7,576 nucleotides of DNA from Okeania sp. (GTDB taxonomy: Bacteria; Cyanobacteriota; Cyanobacteriia; Cyanobacteriales; Microcoleaceae): contig NZ_JAYKGW010000225.1 of the NCBI RefSeq assembly GCF_035285525.1, positions 1 through 7,576 of the forward strand, in the 5' to 3' direction. Position 1 is the stretch's first letter. The number at the start of each line of letters is the position of its first letter. Made by a program: the position numbers and the translations under genes. The notes under the pieces are model-generated. The model was not told the DNA's origin. It saw only the letters and a list, made by a program, of their open reading frames with translations, and did no database searches. This document shows positions 1 through 4,502 of the stretch, in pieces.

Positions 1-147
1 CAACAAAACTTTGAACAGTTGTAGGTTGGGTTGAGGGACGAAACCCAACAAAACTTTGAACAGTTGTAGGTTGGGTTGAGGGACGAAACCCAACAAAACT
101 TTGAACAGTTGTAGTTGGGTTGAGGGACGAAACCCAACAAAACTTTA
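1..147. repeat. Tandem array of a 45-bp unit (about 3.3 copies), each with a GTTGGGTT-N9-AACCCAAC hairpin
   Basis: Unit caacaaaactttgaacagttgtaggttgggttgagggacgaaacc starts at 1, 46 and 91, with a partial copy at 135. Copy 3 lacks one g (gtagttggg). Each unit has an 8-bp inverted repeat, gttgggtt / aacccaac. Units abut with no spacers. Confidence 0.9.
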
Positions 148-205
148 CAGCAGTAGAAACAAAGGTTAGGACAGTTCAAAAGCTGAAAACTCAGACAACG
201 TCAGA

Positions 206-244
206 TTCTTCCTTCTTTCTTCTTCCTTCTTCCTTCTTTCTTCT
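206..244. repeat. 39-nt uninterrupted polypyrimidine (TTC/TTCC)n tract
   Basis: Positions 206-244 contain only t and c (ttcttccttctttcttcttccttcttccttctttcttct). The minus strand is polypurine. Confidence 0.9.
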
Positions 245-252
245 GCTATACT
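244..252 (+). promoter_or_regulatory. Possible extended -10 element (TGcTATACT)
   Basis: tgctatact fits TGnTATAAT at 8 of 9 positions, directly after the polypyrimidine tract. No convincing -35. Sequence match only. Confidence 0.25.
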
Positions 253-334
253 AGTTTTCGGTTTATCCTTATCTTAGGAATGAGCTGCGATAACGTTCCA
301 TGTTTTGCAACGAAATTCGTCTTAATGTCGCGTC

Positions 335-472
335 AGTGAAACAACACAACCCACCCCTAATGTTGGGTTTCGTTCCTCAACCCAACCTACGCAGATCGCT
401 AAAAGTGAAACAACACAACCCACCCCTAATGTTGGGTTTCGTTCCTCAACCCAACCTACGCAGATCGCTAAA
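335..472. repeat. Tandem duplication of a 69-bp unit carrying the 1-147 hairpin core in opposite orientation
   Basis: agtgaaacaacacaacccacccctaatgttgggtttcgttcctcaacccaacctacgcagatcgctaaa starts at 335 and again at 404. The core gttgggtttcgttcctcaacccaacctac is the reverse complement of gtaggttgggttgaggaacgaaacccaac, one mismatch from the 1-147 units. Confidence 0.9.
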
Positions 473-491
473 ATAGTGCCTTAGCTTTTTT
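467..491 (+). terminator. Weak candidate intrinsic terminator (5-bp stem plus T6)
   Basis: gctaa (467-471) pairs with ttagc (481-485), followed by tttttt (486-491). The stem is short and the loop is 9 nt, so support is marginal. Confidence 0.25.
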
Positions 492-555
492 CGTCATCCC
501 ATCACCCCATCACCCGATCGCCCCATCACCCTATCAATCTGTCAACCCATGCTCC
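492..555. repeat. Degenerate octamer repeat (CATCACCC-like, period 8), C-rich on plus and G-rich on minus
   Basis: Reads in register as cgtcatcc/catcaccc/catcaccc/gatcgccc/catcaccc/tatcaatc/tgtcaacc/catgctcc. It overlaps the stop codon and last codons of the response regulator. It resembles cyanobacterial STRR-type short tandem repeats. Confidence 0.8.
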
Positions 556-1226
556 AAAGCATATCGAACTAATTCTGTTCGACTATTTGTTCCAGTTTTA
601 GTGAATAGTCTACTCACATATTTTTCCACATTTCTCACACTTGTATTTAAGTCTCTAGCAATTTCTTTATTCATTAAACCTCTAGCTACTAAATCTAAAA
701 CACTCTGTTCTCTAGGAGTCAAATCTATTTTTATTGGTGAAGGACTTTGAGCGATCGCATTCTTCCCCATCAACATTGCCTTGATTTCCGCAATTTGATT
801 TGCTAAAGCAGCAATATCAGGAGTATTTTCCCCTTCATTAGTTGTTTGTGCAGATGCTTGACGCTTCAACAAATTTTCCACAATAGCGATCAACTCTTCT
901 GGATCAAAAGGTTTAGAAAGGTAAGCATCACAACCTGCTTGATAACCCTGAATACGATCTGTAGTCATTCCTTTAGCAGTCAAAAAAACCACAGGTAAAG
1001 CTTGAAACCTTGGTTCGTCTCTTAATTTTTGCAGAAATTGATAACCATCTACTTGAGGCATCATCACATCTGTAATTACTAAATCAGGTAAACCTAATTG
1101 CAAGATATCCCATCCTTCATTAGCGTTACTAGCGGCATTTACTTCAAAACCACTATCTTCTAAATAAGCTTGTACGGCTTCCCGTAATCCAGGCTCATCA
1201 TCTACTAATAATATTTTTCCTGACAT
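534..1226 (-). CDS. Two-component response regulator, receiver domain plus LuxR/NarL (GerE)-type HTH output
   Basis: 230-aa ORF. Receiver signature: D9-D10 (LLVDDEPG), phospho-acceptor D53 (LVITDVMMP), T83 (FLTAKG), K105 (LSKPF). C-terminal LuxR-type HTH: LTPREQSVLDLVARGLMNKEIARDLNTSVRNVEKYVSRLFTKTG. It may be the conserved cyanobacterial Rre1/Ycf29-like NarL regulator, but I cannot verify that from memory. No histidine kinase gene is adjacent. Confidence 0.93.
   Translation of the reverse strand: MSGKILLVDDEPGLREAVQAYLEDSGFEVNAASNANEGWDILQLGLPDLVITDVMMPQVDGYQFLQKLRDEPRFQALPVVFLTAKGMTTDRIQGYQAGCDAYLSKPFDPEELIAIVENLLKRQASAQTTNEGENTPDIAALANQIAEIKAMLMGKNAIAQSPSPIKIDLTPREQSVLDLVARGLMNKEIARDLNTSVRNVEKYVSRLFTKTGTNSRTELVRYALEHGLTD
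751..758. repeat. HIP1 octamer GCGATCGC
   Basis: Exact gcgatcgc inside the response regulator gene. HIP1 is a highly iterated palindrome typical of cyanobacterial genomes. It is the only exact copy in the window. Confidence 0.7.
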
Positions 1227-1236
1227 TTTTAATTTT

Positions 1237-1241
1237 TCCTC
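1237..1241 (-). promoter_or_regulatory. Shine-Dalgarno-like GAGGA for the response regulator
   Basis: The minus strand reads taaGAGGAaaaattaaaaATG. GAGGA lies 10 nt upstream of the start codon at 1226. Confidence 0.5.
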
Positions 1242-1400
1242 TTAGTTATTTTTAGCCTGAATTATTTGAGGCTTATGGATTTATCTTAACTTTAAATTGT
1301 TTTTTATAATTTACCTAATTTTGATTATGAGTGGAGTGAAAAAAATATACTGTCTCCAACACTTGACTAAAATTTATTCTTGTGATAAAAAAATCACTAT

Positions 1401-1485
1401 CGTAGGGGTTTGGTCTCCAAACCCCTCCCAGGCAAGATGCCCCCACTACAATTTTTGCACCATTTGCCCGGAATATGCTGTAGTT
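1401..1485. repeat. Dispersed-repeat copy a: GTAGGGG hairpin plus caagatgcccccact module plus gaatatgctgta module
   Basis: cgtaggggtttggtctccaaacccctcccaggcaagatgcccccactacaatttttgcaccatttgcccggaatatgctgtagtt. It contains a 9-bp stem, ggggtttgg (1405-1413) / ccaaacccc (1417-1425). Related copies are at 1504-1589, 3007-3066 and 6823-6878. Confidence 0.8.
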
Positions 1486-1498
1486 AACGGCCGTTAAC
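1483..1498. repeat. Perfect 16-bp palindrome GTTAACGGCCGTTAAC
   Basis: gttaacggccgttaac equals its own reverse complement. It sits between repeat copies a and b. Confidence 0.85.
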
Positions 1499-1503
1499 CC
1501 CAT

Positions 1504-1589
1504 TGTAGGGGTCCTCTCCCAAGCAAGATGCCCCCACTGCAATTTTTTCACTATTTATAAGGTAAATCATTTACCCAAAATCTACTATA
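1504..1589. repeat. Dispersed-repeat copy b, same family as 1401-1485
   Basis: tgtaggggtcctctcccaagcaagatgcccccactgcaattttttcactattt parallels copy a but lacks the inner part of the hairpin. Its 3' part (1535-1589) aligns ungapped to 3007-3061 at 42 of 55 positions (counted by hand). Confidence 0.8.
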
Positions 1590-1603
1590 TTTCCCCCTAC
1601 TCC

Positions 1604-2434
1604 CTACTCCCTGATAGTCAAAATTTCATAACCATTATTTGTCACCAAAACGGTATGCTCAAACTGAGCAGAAAGACAATTATCAACAGTAACAGCAGTC
1701 CACCTATCCGATAAAAACTTAGTAAATCTGGAACCTGCATTAAGAATAGGTTCAATAGCCAAAGTCATACCTGCTCGGAGCTTCACATTAGGCAAATTTT
1801 TAGTCCGAAAATTAAATACGGAAGGTTCTTCATGCAAATTTCTGCCCACACCATGACCAGCAAACTCCTCAACTATGCAAAAACCATTTGCCTCAGTATG
1901 ATCTTGAATAGCTCCAGCAATATCAAGTAAATAAGCACCTGCTTTCACTTGTTCAATACCCTTATACATTGCCTCCTCTGCAACCCGAATCAACTTAGCA
2001 GCTTCTGGAGCAACTTCAACTACACCAATAGTGATACAAGAATCACCATGAAACTCTTGATAATAAGCACCCGTATCTACTTTTAAAACATCACCCACTC
2101 GAATCACTTTTTTCGGACTCGGAATACCATGTACAACTTCATTATTGATACAAGCACAAATAGAAGCAGGAAAACCCTGATAACCCTTAAAACTTGGTAC
2201 TGCTCCCATTTCCCGAATGCGTTTTTCCGCATAAGCATCTAAATCAGCAGTAGTCATTCCTGGTTGCACAATCTGAGAAATTTCTTTAAGTACGGTGGCG
2301 ACTATTTGGCCTGATTGTCGCATGATTGCAATTTCTCGTTCAGATTTAATTTCTATGCCACGACGTTGTTTATTGATAACAGGAAGTGGTTTAAGTTTTG
2401 CAGGAGTCGTGAGTGTATTATTAGATATTTTCAT
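1604..2434 (-). CDS. map: Type I methionine aminopeptidase
   Basis: 276-aa ORF with the characteristic MetAP-I blocks [40 protein letters not shown] and FEHTVLVT, which carry the metal-ligand Asp/Asp/His/Glu/Glu positions. The ~30-aa N-terminal extension makes the exact start slightly uncertain. Confidence 0.96.
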   Translation of the reverse strand: MKISNNTLTTPAKLKPLPVINKQRRGIEIKSEREIAIMRQSGQIVATVLKEISQIVQPGMTTADLDAYAEKRIREMGAVPSFKGYQGFPASICACINNEVVHGIPSPKKVIRVGDVLKVDTGAYYQEFHGDSCITIGVVEVAPEAAKLIRVAEEAMYKGIEQVKAGAYLLDIAGAIQDHTEANGFCIVEEFAGHGVGRNLHEEPSVFNFRTKNLPNVKLRAGMTLAIEPILNAGSRFTKFLSDRWTAVTVDNCLSAQFEHTVLVTNNGYEILTIRE

Positions 2435-2557
2435 TTTTTACTCTCAAAGAAACTGTTATGATAGTCTAGCGTAGTTTTAAGGAACAGGGAATAGAGAAGA
2501 GAATAAAAATATAAGTAATTAATTAGGACTTACACATGAACGCTGTTTGCAGTGAAC

Positions 2558-2850
2558 TGTTTCACCTAAAATAGTGCATGATTATTTGTCCGAAGCGTTA
2601 GCGCAGCTTTGCGATAGCAAACGATAGTGTTTGCGTAGCATTCCAGACCGAAAGCAATCTCAGACCAATTTGCTATTGCAGCATTTTAAGATGAAACAAT
2701 GCACTACTCAATTGTTTCACCTAAAATAGTGCATGATTATTTCTCCGAAGCGTTAGCGCAGCTTTGCGATAGCAAACGACAGTGTTTGCGTAGCATTCCG
2801 GACCGAAAGCAATCTCAGACCAATTTGCTATTGCAGCATTTAAGATGAAA
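2558..2850. repeat. Two tandem ~138-nt units at a 155-nt period (2558-2696 and 2713-2850)
   Basis: tgtttcacctaaaatagtgcatgattattt(g/c)tccgaagcgttagcgcagctttgcgatagcaaacga(t/c)agtgtttgcgtagcattcc(a/g)gaccgaaagcaatctcagaccaatttgctattgcagcatt(t)taagatgaaa occurs twice. The copies differ by 3 substitutions and 1 indel. A 16-nt linker separates them. No ORF spans them. Confidence 0.9.
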
Positions 2851-2882
2851 TAGTCCAGTAGGATGAGTTAGCGGAGCGTAAC

Positions 2883-2923
2883 GCACCGAAACATTTAGGA
2901 GAGGTAGTGTGTTACATTTCATT
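2883..2923. repeat. Left copy of a 41-nt direct repeat bracketing the Rpn-like cassette
   Basis: gcaccgaaacatttaggagaggtagtgtgttacatttcatt compared with 4263-4303 gcacggaaaaatttaggagaggtggtgcattacatttcatt gives 36 of 41 identical (aligned by hand). Confidence 0.8.
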
Positions 2924-3006
2924 AATGCACCAAGAACCGATATATATTACCTTTCTTTGCGTAAGTCGTCGTTATCAAGTATATCCCGAAGCGAACTTCC
3001 AGCTCG

Positions 3007-3066
3007 CACTATAAAATTTTCACCATTTATCCTGTACATCATTTACCCGAAATATGCTGTAATTAA
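3007..3066. repeat. Third copy of the 3' module of the 1401/1504 repeat family, just upstream of the Rpn-like gene; contains an extended -10-like TGcTGTAAT
   Basis: cactataaaattttcaccatttatcctgtacatcatttacccgaaatatgctgtaattaat aligns to 1535-1589. tgctgtaat lies at 3055-3063, 30 nt before the GTG start at 3093. Any promoter role is inference. Confidence 0.6.
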
Positions 3067-3092
3067 TATTGATGAACTAAAAGCTAATCAGA

Positions 3093-3899
3093 GTGAAAAC
3101 AGACAGCATTTTCTATGAACTATTTCTCACATTTCCAGAGAGTTTTTTTGAATTAATTGGTATTAATAAACAGGAAGCTAATAATTATAAATTTACTTCC
3201 CGTGAAGTCAAACAATTAGCATTTCGTATGGATGGATTATTTATGCCTAAAAATAATAATCCAGCTAAACCGTTCTATTTAGTAGAAGTACAATTTCAAC
3301 CCAAAAATGAATTATATTATCGTATTTTTACAGAACTTTTTCTGTATTTCAAACAATATTGACCCATTCATCCTGGGAGGGTAGTAGTCATCTATCCAAG
3401 TCGTAGTATTGAGAGGGAAGAAGCTCATCAATTTGGAGAAATTTTAAGTTTAGAAAGAGTCCAACGAATCTATTTAGATGAGTTAAAATCTAATTCATTA
3501 GGAGTAGGAATTGTTAAACTGGTAGTAGAACCAGAAGAAACCGCAGTCGATCTGGCTAAGTCGTTAGTTGAAAAATCTAAAGCTCAATTAACAGATCCAG
3601 TCAGACAACAAAATATTATCGAATTATTAGAGACGATAATAGTTTATAAATTACCAGAAAAAAGTCGGGAGGAAATTACAGCAATGTTTAGTTTAGGTGA
3701 TTTGAAACAAACTAGATTTTATCGAGATGCTTTTGCTGATGGTGAACAACGAGGAGAACAAAGAGGCCAACAGAAGGCCAAAGAAGAAGCAGTTACTCGA
3801 TTGCTCAAATTAGGATTGAGTTTAGAGGTAATTGCTGAGTCTTTAGATTTACCTTTGTCTGTTGTTCAAGAAATAGCTAATTCTGCTAATAATAATTAG
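3093..3899 (+). pseudogene. Rpn-family / cyanobacterial DUF2887-type PD-(D/E)XK nuclease (putative transposase) homologue interrupted by an in-frame TGA at 3360-3362
   Basis: The listed ORFs 3093-3362 and 3684-3899 share one frame. I translated 3363-3683 by hand and found no further stop, so this is one 268-codon reading frame with a single TGA. The N-terminus MKTDSIFYELFLTFPESFFELIG, then FRMDGLF...YLVEVQFQ (a D...ExQ nuclease-like motif), VVVIYPSRSIE, and the C-terminal LGDLKQTRFY...LLKLGLSLEVIAESLDLP module match my recollection of this multi-copy cyanobacterial family. The start is GTG. Confidence 0.8.
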
Positions 3900-3919
3900 A
3901 TAACTGAAGATATTTAGGC

Positions 3920-3974
3920 TAACTTGACTACAAAATATTTTGATAAATGATTAATTTTATTTGTAGTCAAGTTA
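3920..3974. repeat. Perfect 15-bp inverted repeat (hairpin) between the two copies of the duplicated 3' module
   Basis: taacttgactacaaa (3920-3934) and tttgtagtcaagtta (3960-3974) are exact reverse complements, separated by a 25-nt AT-rich loop. No T-run follows on either strand. Confidence 0.85.
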
Positions 3975-4004
3975 CTAAAAAAAATTAGGGAGAGAATTAC
4001 GGCA

Positions 4005-4244
4005 ATGTTTAGTTTAGGCGATCTGAAACAAACTAGATTTTATCGAGATGCTTTTGCTGATGGTGAACTAATTGGAGAACAACGAGGTGAAGAAATAGGA
4101 GAACAAAGAGGCCAACAGAAGGCCAAAGAAAAAGCAGTTCCTCAATTGCTCAAATTAGGGTTGAGTTTAGAGGTAATTGCTGAGTCTTTAGGCTTACCTT
4201 TGTCTGATGTTCAAAAAATAGCTAATTCGGCTAATAATAATTAG
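4005..4244 (+). CDS. Stand-alone duplicate of the C-terminal module of the upstream Rpn/DUF2887-like gene (79 aa); possibly a gene remnant
   Basis: MFSLGDLKQTRFYRDAFADGE...QKAKE.AV..LLKLGLSLEVIAESL.LPLS.VQ.IANSANNN is nearly identical to residues encoded at 3684-3899, plus 8 extra residues in the GEQRG repeat. Nucleotide similarity runs 3972-4263 versus 3651-3917 and includes sequence past the stop codons. Expression is unknown. Confidence 0.4.
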   Translation: MFSLGDLKQTRFYRDAFADGELIGEQRGEEIGEQRGQQKAKEKAVPQLLKLGLSLEVIAESLGLPLSDVQKIANSANNN

Positions 4245-4262
4245 ATAACTTGAAGATATTTA

Positions 4263-4303
4263 GCACGGAAAAATTTAGGAGAGGTGGTGCATTACATTTC
4301 ATT
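4263..4303. repeat. Right copy of the 41-nt direct repeat bracketing the Rpn-like cassette
   Basis: See 2883-2923. It starts exactly where the duplicated 3' module ends. Confidence 0.8.
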
Positions 4304-4396
4304 TTTCGTATAGGGAATGCTGCCTAAACATGTCACGCAGCAAAATGCACTCTAGTGGACTTACGGAAATTCTAAAATAATACCCTATCTGTAAGA

Positions 4397-4415
4397 GGGC
4401 AAATGCCATTTGCCC
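4397..4415. terminator. GC-containing palindrome between convergent genes; possible bidirectional terminator or repeat hairpin
   Basis: gggcaaatg c catttgccc is a perfect palindrome, effectively a 7-bp stem with a 5-nt loop. It lies 88 nt beyond the PCAT stop and 153 nt beyond the 4005-4244 stop. No clear U-tract on either strand. Confidence 0.3.
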
Positions 4416-4502
4416 CTACATTATAACTAAAATACAGATGCACAGAATAATCCCAAATAATTAATCCGTTTATCCGTGCCAAAATCCGTGTCTAGCTACT
4501 AG

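Noticed and set aside
1-147. Possible CRISPR array, given regularly spaced repeats each with a hairpin
   Set aside because: The 45-bp units abut directly with no unique spacers between them, and no cas genes or leader are visible. It is a plain tandem repeat.
206-244. Polypurine strand read as an E/K/R/G-rich coding segment on the minus strand
   Set aside because: No ORF of meaningful length spans it in the supplied six-frame track. It behaves as a simple-sequence tract.
280-339. 19-codon ORF MSCDNVPCFATKFVLMSRQ with AGGA immediately upstream
   Set aside because: The AGGA abuts the ATG with no spacing. The ORF is very short, has no leader or recognisable motif, and runs into the repeat array. 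The evidence for coding is insufficient.
1297-1551. Two overlapping antisense ORFs, 66 aa on plus and 78 aa on minus
   Set aside because: Both lie entirely within dispersed-repeat copies (GTAGGGG hairpin, caagatgcccccact module, 16-bp palindrome) and overlap each other. Their composition is odd and shows no recognisable motifs. They are most likely artefacts of the repeats.
2435-2557. Promoter and RBS for map
   Set aside because: The minus strand has tagact and tatcat candidates and a weak gagag before the ATG. Nothing is distinctive enough to assign coordinates with confidence.
2797-2802. TCCGGA, a DIF1-type heterocyst-specific promoter motif as in NsiR1 repeats, inside the second tandem unit
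   Set aside because: It is present in only one of the two units (the other reads TCCAGA). No TAnnnT -10 hexamer lies at the expected distance of about 17-18 nt downstream. A 6-mer match alone is not meaningful.
2909-3118. 69-aa ORF on the plus strand
   Set aside because: It starts inside the 41-nt flanking repeat, runs through the 3007-3066 dispersed repeat, and overlaps the start of the Rpn-like gene out of frame. Its sequence is low-complexity with no recognisable domain.
3684-3899. The 71-aa ORF as an independent gene
   Set aside because: Its frame is open continuously back to 3363 and is the same frame as 3093-3362. It is the C-terminal part of the interrupted Rpn/DUF2887-like gene, not a separate gene. 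Internal initiation cannot be excluded.
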